Source: an uncultured Acidimicrobiia bacterium
GTDB taxonomy: Bacteria; Actinomycetota; Acidimicrobiia; Acidimicrobiales; JACDCH01
Direction: 5' to 3'
Length of the DNA stretch: 64,000 nt
Assembly (NCBI GenBank): GCA_963721305.1
Contig: CAVRIR010000005.1
Coordinates: 25,460-89,459 of the forward strand
Shown: positions 29,025-38,073 of the stretch, one piece after another
Layout: each line of letters opens with the position of its first letter
Position numbering within the stretch: position 1 is the stretch's first letter
Position numbers and translations under genes: made by a program
The notes under the pieces: generated by a model
Told to the model about the DNA's origin: nothing
Databases searched by the model: none
What the model saw: only the letters and a program-made list of their open reading frames with translations

Positions 29025-29644
29025 ATGAACGTGCGGCGACTTGCCACCGGAGCAGTGACCGTCCTGCTGTTGCTGCTCGCGCTGCGTGTGCGCTCGGGCG
29101 TCGTGTTCGCTCTGGTCGTGCTGATCGCGATCTTCGTGCCGATGGAGAAGCTCTTCGCGCTCCATCCGGGCAAGACGTTGCGACCGCGATGGCGCAGCGA
29201 CGCGGTGCACCACTCGATCGAAGAGATGGACTGGCTGGCCGCGAGCCGACTCCATCCGCTCGACTCGGTGTTCACGCGCGCGGTGACGATCTTGCCGCTG
29301 TACGTCCTCGGCTTCAGCCGCGCCACCTTCGGCGGCTACCTCGTGTTCACGGCGTTCGTGGCGATCTTCATCCACGCCAATGTGCGTTCCGCTTCGGACC
29401 GCTGCGCTGGATCACGGCCACACCGGAGTTCCATCACTGGCATCACGCGCTCGAGCCGGTGAACAAGAACTTCGCGGGCCAGTTGCCTTTGCTCGACGTC
29501 GTGTTCGGCACCGCGCATCTCCCCCGCGGCTCGATGCCGGCTGCGTACGGCATCCCCGACCCGACGCCCGACGGCTACCTCGCGCAACTGGCGTGGCCGT
29601 TCGAGCCCGCCCGACCGGCGGTCGCGTTCTCCGAGGTCCACTAG
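29025..29644 (+). pseudogene. fatty acid hydroxylase / sterol desaturase-family remnant (frame change near 29387, N-terminal His box apparently missing)
   Basis: ORF 29025..29462 gives ...AVHHSIEEMDWLAASRLHPLDS...FIHANVR. It continues in the frame of ORF 28955..29644 as FRFGPLRWITATPEFHHWHHALEPVNKNFAGQLPLLDVVFGT. I do not see the first HxxxH box or its flanking helices. Confidence 0.6.
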
Positions 29645-29655
29645 CGTCGCCGAGC

Positions 29656-30426
29656 GTGAGCTCGGACCTGTTCTCCATCACCGGCAAGACCGCTCTCGTG
29701 ACCGGCGGGTCACGAGGCATCGGTCTCATGATCGCCCGAGGCTTCGTCGAGGCCGGCGCCCGCGTGTACATCTCCTCACGGAAGGCCGACGTCTGCGAGC
29801 AGGTCGCATCCGAGCTCTCGGCGAAGGGCGAGTGCTTCGCCATCCCCGCCGACCTCGCGACCGAAGCCGAGAACCGGCGGCTCGCCGAAGAGCTCGCGGC
29901 TCGAGAGGACAAGCTTCACATCCTTGTGAACAACGCCGGCGCGACGTGGGGCGCGCCGCTCGCCGAACACGACGAGGCGACATGGGAACGAGTCCTCGCC
30001 CTCAACGTGAAGGCGGTCTTCCACCTGACGAAGTACTGCGTGCCGTTGCTGCGGGCGGCGGGCACGGCGGACGATCCCGCGCGCGTGATCAACATCGGCT
30101 CGATCGACGGCATCCAGGTACCCGCGCTCGAGACGTACTCGTACTCGACGAGCAAGGCAGCCGTTCATCAGCTCACCCGCCATCTCGCGGCGAAGCTCGC
30201 GCCGGAGATCACCGTGAACGCGGTGGCCCCCGGACCGTTCGAGTCGAAGATGATGGCCGCGACCCTCGCTGCTTTCGGAGATTCCATCGCCGCGAGCGCA
30301 CCGATGAAGCGCATCGGGCGACCGGACGACATGGCTGGTGTCGCGATCTACCTGTCCTCGCGGGCCTCGTCGTATGTCACCGGCGCGCTGATCCCGGTCG
30401 ACGGCGGTATCGCCACCTGCAAGTAA
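29656..30426 (+). CDS. short-chain dehydrogenase/reductase (3-oxoacyl-ACP reductase-like)
   Basis: ORF 29380..30426 from GTG 29656: SSDLFSITGKTALVTGGSRGIGLMIA...LVNNAGA...YSTSKAAVHQL (YxxxK). Confidence 0.85.
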   Translation: MSSDLFSITGKTALVTGGSRGIGLMIARGFVEAGARVYISSRKADVCEQVASELSAKGECFAIPADLATEAENRRLAEELAAREDKLHILVNNAGATWGAPLAEHDEATWERVLALNVKAVFHLTKYCVPLLRAAGTADDPARVINIGSIDGIQVPALETYSYSTSKAAVHQLTRHLAAKLAPEITVNAVAPGPFESKMMAATLAAFGDSIAASAPMKRIGRPDDMAGVAIYLSSRASSYVTGALIPVDGGIATCK

Positions 30427-30552
30427 GCCCGATGTGCCCGATCACCTCGATCGAACGGTGAGCATCTCGCGCGACCTCGGTCGCCTGCCCGGCGACCCTG
30501 CTCGACAGGGTTCTAATCAGATCACTGTTCCCGATCCCGGTCGGGTTGACTC

Positions 30553-30570
30553 CCGCCGGCAACCCGGCGG
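30553..30570. terminator. GC hairpin between convergent SDR and nrdJ genes
   Basis: CCGCCGG-caac-CCGGCGG, 7 nt beyond the nrdJ stop (30577). No clear U tract. Confidence 0.4.
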
Positions 30571-30576
30571 ATCGGC

Positions 30577-33411
30577 TCAGCTACAGCCGCTGGTGCTGCC
30601 GCAACTCGGGCAGGCGTGGCAGGAGCCGGCTCGTTGCATCTGGACGCCGCATTGCATGCAGTACGGCGCGTCGGCGTGGGAGACGGGCGCGGGGCTGGGA
30701 GCGGCCACCGGTGCCGCGGGGGGCACGGCACCGGTGCGTTGCTGCTCCTCGGCTAGGTCGAGCAACGTGAGAGCGGACTCGATCGACGGCGGATCGGATG
30801 GGATGTCGTGGCCCTGCACTGTCTCGATCACGGTCTCTTCGACGCCGGGCAGCGTCGGCTGCGTGCGCTCGTCGACCGACAGGATGTTGAGCTCGGCCCG
30901 CTCTTCCTTCGAGAGGTAGTCGATCGCGAGACGGCGGAAGATGTAATCGACGAGGCTCGAAGCGAACCTGATGTCGGGATCGTCGGTCATGCCGGCCGGC
31001 TCGAATCGATAGTTCGCCAGCGTCTCGATGTAGGCCCGCAACGGCACGCCGTACTGAAGGCCGTAGCTCACGGAGATGGCGAACGCGTCCATGATGCCGG
31101 CGAGGGTCGAGCCCATCTTGGAGATGCGGATGAAGATCTCGCCCGGGCGACCGTCGGCGTACTCGCCCACGGTGACGAAACCCTTGCAGTCAGCGACACG
31201 GAACTCGAAGGTGCGTGACGTGCGGTTGCGCGGGAGCTTCTCGCGCACTGGCTCTTTCACGGTGATGACCTTCTCGATGACGCGCTCGACCACCGCGGTC
31301 GCGCTGACCGGTACAGCCGCGCTGTCGCCCTTGCCGGTCGACAGCGGCTGCGCCACCTTGCAGTTGTCGCGATAGATGGCAACCGCCTTCAGGCCGAGCT
31401 GCCAGGCGTCGATGTGCAGCTGCTCGACGTCTTCGACGGTGACGTCTTCAGGCATGTTGACCGTCTTGGAGATGGCGCCGCTGATGAAGGGCTGCACTGC
31501 GCCCATCATGCGGACGTGCCCGGAGTAATGGATCGGGTTGTCACCCATCGAGCACGCGAAGACCGCGAGGTGGTCGGCCGTGATGTGCGGCGCGCCGATG
31601 ACGGAATGGTTCTCGTCGATGTGGCCGACGATCTCCGCGATCTGACTGTCGTCGTAGCCGAGTCGTCGCAGCGCACGCGGGACCGTCTGGTTGACGAAGG
31701 ACATCGTGCCGCCGCCGACGAGCTTCTTGAGCTTGACCAGACCGAGGTCGGGCTCGATACCGGTCGTGTCGCAATCCATGAGCAAGCCGATCGTGCCCGT
31801 GGGCGCCAGGACCGAAGCTTGCGAGTTGCGCACACCGTAGGTGTCGCCGAGCTCGCACGCCGTGTCCCAGCTCGCTTGCGCGGCACTCAGCAGATCGGCG
31901 GGAACGAGCTCTTCGTCGATGTTGGCGGCCTCTTGGCGGTGCATGTCGAGCACGTGCAACATCGGCTCGCGATTGTCGGAGAAGCCGGCGAACGGGCCCA
32001 TGCGCGCCGCGGTGCGGGCCGACACCTCGTAGGCGTGACCTGTCATCAGCGCGGTGATCGCGGCCGCCCACGCCCGACCGGCATCCGAGTCGTACGCATG
32101 GCCGAGCGCCATGAGCAGCGCCCCGAGGTTCGCGTAGCCGAGACCGAGCTGGCGGAACCGGCGGCTGGACTCTCCGATCGCCTCGGTGGGGTAGTCGGCG
32201 TTGCCGACGAGGATCTCCTGCGCGGTGAACACGACTTCGACCGCGGCCTTGAATCCCTCGACGTCGAACTCGTCGTTGTCGTCGAGGAACTTCAACAGGT
32301 TGATGCTGGCGAGATTGCAGGCCGAGTCGTCGAGGTGCATGTACTCGGAGCACGGGTTGGACGCGTTGATGCGGCCGGTGTTGGACGCGGTGTGCCACCG
32401 GTTGATGCTGGTGTCGAACTGCATGCCCGGATCGGCGCACTCCCACGATGCCGTGGAGATCTGACGCATGAGATCGCGCGCCTTGATGCTCCTGATGACC
32501 TCACCGTTGGTGACCGCACGGAGCTGCCAGTCGGCGTCGTCGAGCACCGCCTGCATGAACTCATCGGTGACGCGCACCGAGTTGTTGGCGTTCTGGTACT
32601 GCGTCGAATGGCTGTCGGCGCCGTCGAGGTCCATGTCGAACCCCGCGTCGCGCAGCACGCGCGCCTTGCGCTCTTCTTTGGCCTTGCACCAGATGAACTC
32701 TTCGACGTCAGGATGGTCGACGTCGAGGATCACCATCTTGGCGGCGCGTCGCGTCTTGCCGCCGGACTTGATCGTTCCGGCGGACGCGTCCGCGCCGCGC
32801 ATGAAGCTCACCGGGCCGGACGCGGTGCCGCCGCCCTTCAGCAGCTCGTGCGACGACCGGATCTTGGACAGGTTGATGCCCGCGCCGGACCCGCCCTTGA
32901 AGATCGTGCCTTCCTCGACGTACCAGTTGAGGATCGAGTCCATCGTGTCGTCGACGGAGAGGATGAAACAGGCCGACGCCTGCTGCGGAACACCGGCGAC
33001 GCCGATGTTGAACCACACCGGGCTGTTGAACGCCGCCTTCTGCGTGACGACCAGGTGCTTGAGCTCGGCGTTGAACGCGGCGGTCTCGTGGTCGTCGACG
33101 AAGTAGCCGCCCTGCACCCCCCAATCGGTGATGGTGTCGACCACCCGGTCGGCGACCTGCTTGAGCGACCACTCACGCTCGGGCGTGCCGAGCGTCCCGC
33201 GGAAGTACTTCTGGGCGAGGATGTTCGTGGCGTTCAGCGACCAGTTCGCCGGCACCTCGACGCCCGTCTGCTCGAAGGCCACGGAGCCGTCGCGGAAGTT
33301 GGTGATGCGGGCGTCGCGACGTTCCCATCGGACGTCGTCGTAAGGATCGCTGTCCTCGGCCGTGAAATGCCGCCGCAGGCCGATCCCTGCTCGCTCCGAA
33401 GCCAATGCCAT
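30577..33411 (-). CDS. nrdJ: vitamin B12-dependent (class II) ribonucleotide reductase
   Basis: ORF 30577..33549 from ATG 33411 (GAGGGAG lies 6 nt upstream): MALASERAGIGLRRHFT...NILAQKYFRG...NSPVWFNIG...ACFI...SNPCSEY...C-terminal Cys cluster YCMQCGVQMQRAGSCHACPSCGSTSGCS. 944 aa, intact. Confidence 0.95.
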   Translation of the reverse strand: MALASERAGIGLRRHFTAEDSDPYDDVRWERRDARITNFRDGSVAFEQTGVEVPANWSLNATNILAQKYFRGTLGTPEREWSLKQVADRVVDTITDWGVQGGYFVDDHETAAFNAELKHLVVTQKAAFNSPVWFNIGVAGVPQQASACFILSVDDTMDSILNWYVEEGTIFKGGSGAGINLSKIRSSHELLKGGGTASGPVSFMRGADASAGTIKSGGKTRRAAKMVILDVDHPDVEEFIWCKAKEERKARVLRDAGFDMDLDGADSHSTQYQNANNSVRVTDEFMQAVLDDADWQLRAVTNGEVIRSIKARDLMRQISTASWECADPGMQFDTSINRWHTASNTGRINASNPCSEYMHLDDSACNLASINLLKFLDDNDEFDVEGFKAAVEVVFTAQEILVGNADYPTEAIGESSRRFRQLGLGYANLGALLMALGHAYDSDAGRAWAAAITALMTGHAYEVSARTAARMGPFAGFSDNREPMLHVLDMHRQEAANIDEELVPADLLSAAQASWDTACELGDTYGVRNSQASVLAPTGTIGLLMDCDTTGIEPDLGLVKLKKLVGGGTMSFVNQTVPRALRRLGYDDSQIAEIVGHIDENHSVIGAPHITADHLAVFACSMGDNPIHYSGHVRMMGAVQPFISGAISKTVNMPEDVTVEDVEQLHIDAWQLGLKAVAIYRDNCKVAQPLSTGKGDSAAVPVSATAVVERVIEKVITVKEPVREKLPRNRTSRTFEFRVADCKGFVTVGEYADGRPGEIFIRISKMGSTLAGIMDAFAISVSYGLQYGVPLRAYIETLANYRFEPAGMTDDPDIRFASSLVDYIFRRLAIDYLSKEERAELNILSVDERTQPTLPGVEETVIETVQGHDIPSDPPSIESALTLLDLAEEQQRTGAVPPAAPVAAPSPAPVSHADAPYCMQCGVQMQRAGSCHACPSCGSTSGCS

Positions 33412-33490
33412 GGTCGCTCCCTCGATGACGCGTGGATGAATTGCAACAGCGCCTCGCGGCTTTTTGTGCCCCCGAAACCGCTCGGCCCGC

Positions 33491-33506
33491 CCACAACATC
33501 TGGTGG
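33491..33506 (-). promoter_or_regulatory. NrdR-box-like palindrome (proximal)
   Basis: Sense strand CCACCAGATGTTGTGG, compared with the remembered NrdR consensus acaCwAtATaTwGtgt. It lies in the nrdJ leader. Confidence 0.55.
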
Positions 33507-33533
33507 TCCGTGGTGGCCCCCGACCGGCGACGA

Positions 33534-33549
33534 CCACAACATGTGCCAA
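33534..33549 (-). promoter_or_regulatory. NrdR-box-like palindrome (distal)
   Basis: Sense strand TTGGCACATGTTGTGG, starting 43 nt from the proximal box and just downstream of the predicted -10. Confidence 0.5.
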
Positions 33550-33563
33550 ATGACGTGGATGAG

Positions 33564-33593
33564 ATTACAGCACTGTCGTTTCACCCGTGTCAA
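33564..33593 (-). promoter_or_regulatory. candidate sigma-A promoter of nrdJ
   Basis: Sense strand TTGACA (33593-33588), an 18-nt spacer, then TGTAAT (33569-33564). This predicts a leader of about 145 nt. Confidence 0.5.
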
Positions 33594-33811
33594 CGGTGGG
33601 GCCAGCGCGAAGGTGCAGGTCAGAGGCCGTTCGCGAAGGTTTGCATCCCTACGCTTCCTGCTTCGGCCTCAAGGCGTCGTCCACCCATCACCCCGGCCAC
33701 CATCCGCACCACTCGCGCTGCTCAATGCCCCCGTTGACGGGTGCACGCTATGCAAAGAGGGCTGTGGACGAACAGAGGAACAACGGTGTGAATTCCAGGT
33801 GGAAAAAGGGG

Positions 33812-36124
33812 TCAGGCGTCCACAGCAACGACCGCTGACGCCGCCACCGCGACCGGCGCAACGGACACCGGGATGCCGTTGAGGACCGCGTTGCCCGACA
33901 ACGGATCGAACAGCGTGTCGTCGGCCAGCAGGTTGCTGTTCACACCCGCTCCGATCGTCGAGGCGATGCTCAACTGGACCCCGTCGACGTCATGGCCCCA
34001 GCCGTGGGGGATGCTGACCACGCCCGGCATGATCCCGTCGGTTATCTCGACCGGAGCCACCACCGCGCCGGTCCGTGAGCGAACCTCGGCCGGGTCGCCG
34101 TCGGCGAGCCCGAGGCGGGCGGCGTCGTCCGGATGGATGTGGAGCGTGCACCTGGGCTTGCCCTTCACCAGCACCTCGAGGTTGTGCATCCACGAGTTGT
34201 TCGAGCGGAGCTGCCGGCGGCCGACGAGCACGAGCCCGCGGGAGTCGTCTCCATCGCCGGCCCGATCGCTCAACGCGGCCCGAAGACGGGCGACGTCGTC
34301 GACCAGTGGCTCGGGCGCCAGCTCGATGGTGCCCGACGGCGTGCGCAGCGCATCGGGCAACCGGGGCTCGAGCGGCCCGAGGTCGATGCCGTGCGGTTGC
34401 GCGATGAGCGCATCGAGCGAGAGGCCGTCGCTCGCGTCGTCGAACCCGTCGCCGTAGGGACCGGTGCGCAGCATGAAGTCGATCAACCGCTCCGGTCCTC
34501 GCTTCGGCTCGAGCGCGGCGAGGATCTCGTCGGGGTCGCGCTGATGGATCGGTGAGGTCTCGTCCCCCACCGCGTTCTGCACGAGCCCGCTGATCGCCAT
34601 GTCGTCGACGATCGACGCATCGGCGGCTGCACCCATGCCCTGGAAGATCAGCGCGAGCTTGGCGAGGATCTCCCACTCTTGTGGCTCGTCACTCGCGATG
34701 ACCGGCGGCGAGTAGTTGGCGACGTTGCGGATCGCGAGTTGGAGGAGCGCCACGTCATAGTGCGACTTCTCGAGCGGATCAGGCCCGGGCAGGATCACGT
34801 CGGCGTGTCGCGTCGTCTCGTTGAGGTAGATGTCGACCGACACCATGAAGTCGAGCGACGCCAGCGCGGCATCGAGGCGACCGCCGCCGTTCGGCGTCGA
34901 CACGACGGGATTGCCGGCCACCGTGACCAGGGCACGGATCTGCCCTTCGCCTTCGGTCTCGATCTCCTCGGCCATCGCGACCACAGGTAGCTCGCCCATC
35001 GTCTCCGGCAGCCCACGCACGCGGCTCGATCGGCGACCGATCTTGAGACCGCGACCGACACCCGCCTTGCCGCGAAGGTTGCCGGATCCTGTGGCCGGCG
35101 TGGTGAACATGGCGCCGCCCGGTCGGTCGAGGTTGCCGGTGCAGACGTTCAGGACGTCGACGAGCCAGCTCGCAAGGGTGCCGAACTCCTGCGTCGTGGT
35201 GCCCATGCGGCCGTACACGCAGGCCGTCCGGGCCGCCGCGAGCTCGCGGGCGAGGCGGCGGATGTCGGCGGCGGCGACTCCGGTGACCGGAGCGACGGCG
35301 TCCGGCGTGAAGTCGCCGACGAGGCGCTCGACCTCGTCGAGACCGCTCACGAACTCGCCCACCGTGCCCAGGTCGACGAGGCCGTCTTCGAACAGGACGT
35401 GCGCGATCGCCATCAACAGGAACGCGTCGGTGCCGGGACGGATGAAGACGTGCTCGTCGGCGGCCTCCGCGGTGCGACTCCGTCTCGGATCGACGACGAC
35501 CAGGCGGCCGCCGCGGGCGCGTAGCGCTTCGATGCGACCGGGCCAGTCGGGCGCGGTCGCGAGGCTTCCGTTCGACGCGTACGGGTTGGCGCCGAGCATC
35601 AAGACGTAGTCGGTGCGATCGATGTCGGGAATCGGAATCGTGAGCGGCAGCCCGAACATCAAGCCCGCGCTCAGCTCCTTCGGCCGCTGGTCCACGGTGC
35701 TGGCGGAGAACATGTTGGCGGAGCCGAGCGCCTTCACGGCGAAGCGCCCGTACAAGATCGCGCCGAGGCTGTGCGCACTGGGATTGCCGAGATAGATGGC
35801 GACGGCGTCGCGACCGTGCGCTTCGAGGATCGGCATCAGCCGGCGCTCGATCTCTTCGAACGCTTCGTCCCACGAGACCTCGACGAACCGTCCGTCACGC
35901 TTCACGAGGGGCGTTCGGATGCGGTCGGGGTCCTCGTGCAGCTGCTTCAGCGTCGAGCCCTTCGGGCAGATGTACCCGTGGCTGAAGACGTCGTCGCGGT
36001 CGCCTCTGATCCGCACCACCTCGTCGCCCCGGAGGGTGATCTCGAGCCCACAGCCGGCCTCACAGAGAGGACAGGTGCGGAACGTCGTACGGAGCTCGCC
36101 GTTCGATCCGCTCATGGGTGCCAT
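33812..36124 (-). CDS. molybdopterin-dependent oxidoreductase (FdhF/formate-dehydrogenase-like)
   Basis: 770-aa ORF: N-terminal 4Fe-4S motif TCPLCEAGCGLE, ICPKGSTL, and long molybdopterin-binding domains. Intact. Confidence 0.9.
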   Translation of the reverse strand: MAPMSGSNGELRTTFRTCPLCEAGCGLEITLRGDEVVRIRGDRDDVFSHGYICPKGSTLKQLHEDPDRIRTPLVKRDGRFVEVSWDEAFEEIERRLMPILEAHGRDAVAIYLGNPSAHSLGAILYGRFAVKALGSANMFSASTVDQRPKELSAGLMFGLPLTIPIPDIDRTDYVLMLGANPYASNGSLATAPDWPGRIEALRARGGRLVVVDPRRSRTAEAADEHVFIRPGTDAFLLMAIAHVLFEDGLVDLGTVGEFVSGLDEVERLVGDFTPDAVAPVTGVAAADIRRLARELAAARTACVYGRMGTTTQEFGTLASWLVDVLNVCTGNLDRPGGAMFTTPATGSGNLRGKAGVGRGLKIGRRSSRVRGLPETMGELPVVAMAEEIETEGEGQIRALVTVAGNPVVSTPNGGGRLDAALASLDFMVSVDIYLNETTRHADVILPGPDPLEKSHYDVALLQLAIRNVANYSPPVIASDEPQEWEILAKLALIFQGMGAAADASIVDDMAISGLVQNAVGDETSPIHQRDPDEILAALEPKRGPERLIDFMLRTGPYGDGFDDASDGLSLDALIAQPHGIDLGPLEPRLPDALRTPSGTIELAPEPLVDDVARLRAALSDRAGDGDDSRGLVLVGRRQLRSNNSWMHNLEVLVKGKPRCTLHIHPDDAARLGLADGDPAEVRSRTGAVVAPVEITDGIMPGVVSIPHGWGHDVDGVQLSIASTIGAGVNSNLLADDTLFDPLSGNAVLNGIPVSVAPVAVAASAVVAVDA

Positions 36125-36895
36125 GCTGCCACCGATGCGTGAGCTCTACCCGGTTGCTGTCGAGGACGTCGATCCGTTCGAGCGCTACCGATCGGACGAG
36201 CGAGCAAGGGCTGCCGGTGATCGCCCGTGGGTGCTGGTCAACATGATCGCGACGGTGGACGGCGCCACGTCGGTCGAGGGTCGCTCAGGTGGGCTCGGCG
36301 GACCGGCCGACAAGGTCGTCTTCGGCGCCATCCGTGCCGTCGCCGACGCCATCCTCGTGGGGGCCGGAACCGTGCGCGCCGAGCAGTACGGCCCGCCACG
36401 CGCGCCTGTTGGGCGGGATCGACCCCCACGTCTCGCGATCGTCACGCGCTCGCTCGACATCGATCCGTCGTCACGCGTGTTCACCGAGACGGACAGCGGT
36501 TCTCGCCCGCTCATCGTGACCGCAGCGCGAAGCGACGCCTCGCGCCGTGCCGCGCTGGCAGAGGTGGCGGAGATCGTGATCGCCGGCGACGACGGACGTG
36601 GACCTGCTGGCGGCGATCGTGGCACTCGGCGAACGGGGCGCGGCGTGTCGTGTTGTGCGAGGGCGGCCCCTCGTTGAACGGGCATCTCGTGAAGGCGGAC
36701 CTGGTCGACGAGCTGTGCCTCACGCTCGCTCCCCTTGTCGCAGGTGGCGATTCGCCTCGGCTCGCCCACGGCGACGGCATGCCCGTGATCCACCCGCTGG
36801 TGCTCGATCGCATCGTCGAAGGCGACGATCTGCTGTTCCTGCGGTATGTGCGCCGAGACGCGGTCAGTGCCGCTTCGGCGCCGTCGACTTCGTGA
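36123..36895 (+). pseudogene. RibD C-terminal-domain (pyrimidine reductase / DHFR-like) protein, two apparent +1 frameshifts
   Basis: MLPPMRELYPV...WVLVNMIATVDGATSVEGRSGGLGGPADKVVFGAIRAVADAILVGAGTVRAE...VIAGDD is in the frame of 35796..36677. DVDLLAAIVALGERGA is in the frame of 36598..36945. RVVLCEGGPSLNGHLVKADLVDELCLTLAPLVAGG is in the frame of 36227..36895. Junctions near 36594 and 36638. Confidence 0.65.
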
Positions 36896-37328
36896 GCAAC
36901 GTGAGCTCACGCTCGAAGTCGGCAGCCTCGTCGAAGCCCTTGTAGACGCTCGCGAAGCGGACGTAGGCGACGTGGTCGACATCGCGCAGGCCGTCGAGCA
37001 CGAGAAGGCCGATGCGTTCGGTCGAGACCTCGCCCGTACCCACCAGCTGCTCTTCGACGGTTGACGCGATCGTCTCGAGCTCGTCATCGGGCAACGGCCG
37101 GGACTTGGCCGCGGCGCGCAGACCGACGACGATCTTCATGCGATCGAACGACTCGCGCTGCCCGGACCGCTTCACGACGACCAGCGGCAGCTCCTCGAGC
37201 CGCTCGTAGGTCGTGAAGCGCCGTCCGCAGGCCAGGCACTCGCGACGGCGGCGGATCGTTGCACCGTCGTCGGAGGCCCGTGAGTCGACCACCTTGTCAT
37301 CGACACTCGAGCAGCCCGGACAGCGCAC
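36864..37328 (-). CDS. nrdR: transcriptional repressor NrdR
   Basis: From GTG 37328: (M)RCPGCSSVDDKVVDSRASDDGATIRRRRECLACGRRFTTYERLEE (zinc ribbon) followed by an ATP-cone. 154 aa. Confidence 0.9.
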   Translation of the reverse strand: MRCPGCSSVDDKVVDSRASDDGATIRRRRECLACGRRFTTYERLEELPLVVVKRSGQRESFDRMKIVVGLRAAAKSRPLPDDELETIASTVEEQLVGTGEVSTERIGLLVLDGLRDVDHVAYVRFASVYKGFDEAADFERELTLLTKSTAPKRH

Positions 37329-37356
37329 TGCGACCGAGGCTACTGCGGGTGCCACG

Positions 37357-37812
37357 TCACGAACCCGGCGTCGGCGCCAGCGCCAGCCGCTGGCCGGCCT
37401 GCAACGCCGCAGAGCCGTTGAGCGCCTCGAGATGGTCCACCTCCGCGCGGACGTCGGCTGTGGGCGCGAGCTCGCGGGCGATCGACCACAGCGTGTCACC
37501 CGGTTGGACCACGTACACGGAGCCAGGCGGCGGATCGACGTGAGCGCTGCCGTACGCCGCGAGGTCGCCGACGACGGCGCCCGGTGCGGCCTCGGTGCGG
37601 ACCGCGACGGATCGGCCGCCATCGACGCGAGCCGTGAAGCCGGCGACGAACACCGCGGCCATCACGACGATGGCACCGGCGACCAGGCCGACGCCGATCC
37701 GGCGGCGCCGGAACACGGCGTCGGATGGTTTCGACGGCGCCCGCACGACCCGCAAGCGGGGCCGGACGACCACCTGCCGTGGATGGGGTCTCGGATATGC
37801 GATTGCAGCCAT
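37357..37812 (-). CDS. LysM-domain protein (ChiZ/Rv2719c-like position between lexA and nrdR)
   Basis: ORF 37357..37998 from ATG 37812: one TM helix (IGVGLVAGAIVVMAAVFVAGF) and a C-terminal LysM domain, YVVQPGDTLWSIARELAPTADVRAEVDHLEALNGSAALQAGQRLAL. Confidence 0.75.
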   Translation of the reverse strand: MAAIAYPRPHPRQVVVRPRLRVVRAPSKPSDAVFRRRRIGVGLVAGAIVVMAAVFVAGFTARVDGGRSVAVRTEAAPGAVVGDLAAYGSAHVDPPPGSVYVVQPGDTLWSIARELAPTADVRAEVDHLEALNGSAALQAGQRLALAPTPGS

Positions 37813-37818
37813 GGGTTC

Positions 37819-37846
37819 ATCTTCCGCAGGGGGTGTGACAGTGAAG
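37819..37846 (-). promoter_or_regulatory. candidate LexA-independent damage promoter (RecA-NDp-like) of the LysM gene
   Basis: Sense strand CTTCACTGTCACACCCCCTG-CG-GAAGAT. The 20-mer (37827-37846) is identical to 48246-48265 upstream of recA. The -10-like GAAGAT ends 7 nt before the A of the ATG. Confidence 0.5.
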
Positions 37847-37910
37847 CGGGGAAGCGTCGGAACGTCGGCCGTCCTCGGCGGGTTGCGCCGTTGTCCCACC
37901 AGACATCCCC

Positions 37911-37924
37911 CGAACGAGTGTTCG
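37911..37924. promoter_or_regulatory. SOS box (LexA site)
   Basis: CGAACGAGTGTTCG, a perfect GAAC-N4-GTTC and the same sequence as the recA box. Confidence 0.8.
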
Positions 37925-37943
37925 TCTGTGGCAAACTCAACCA

Positions 37944-37957
37944 CGAACGCCTGTTCG
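37944..37957. promoter_or_regulatory. SOS box (LexA site)
   Basis: CGAACGCCTGTTCG, a perfect GAAC-N4-GTTC. Confidence 0.75.
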
Positions 37958-37973
37958 GCGTCAAGGCCCGATC

Positions 37974-37987
37974 CGAACAGATGTTTG
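37974..37987. promoter_or_regulatory. SOS-box-like site (one mismatch)
   Basis: CGAACAGATGTTTG. It overlaps a candidate lexA -35 (TTGCCT 37985-37990, 17-nt spacer, TACGGT 38008-38013). Confidence 0.5.
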
Positions 37988-38021
37988 CCTCGCTGCACCC
38001 GTTCTGGTACGGTGCCTCAGT

Positions 38022-38035
38022 CAAACATACGTTCG
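38022..38035. promoter_or_regulatory. SOS-box-like site (one mismatch)
   Basis: CAAACATACGTTCG, 39 nt upstream of the lexA ATG. Confidence 0.5.
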
Positions 38036-38073
38036 ATCGCCCCCGAACATCACCGACCTCCGCGGAGACCGCA

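Noticed and set aside
30430-30576. tRNA-like or small-RNA gene in the SDR-nrdJ spacer
   Set aside because: I could fold only a simple GC hairpin (30553-30570). There is no cloverleaf, anticodon arm or T-loop consensus.
33412-33811. Possible cobalamin riboswitch in the long nrdJ upstream region
   Set aside because: I found no B12-box-like core or the usual conserved junction sequences. The region is better explained by a promoter plus NrdR boxes and the terminator region of the upstream gene. This judgement is by eye only.
37213-38073. N-terminal 287-aa extension of the LexA ORF (a 497-aa 'long LexA')
   Set aside because: The extension is Arg-rich, overlaps nrdR and the LysM gene on the other strand, and runs across the SOS boxes. 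The canonical LexA N-terminus starts at ATG 38074.
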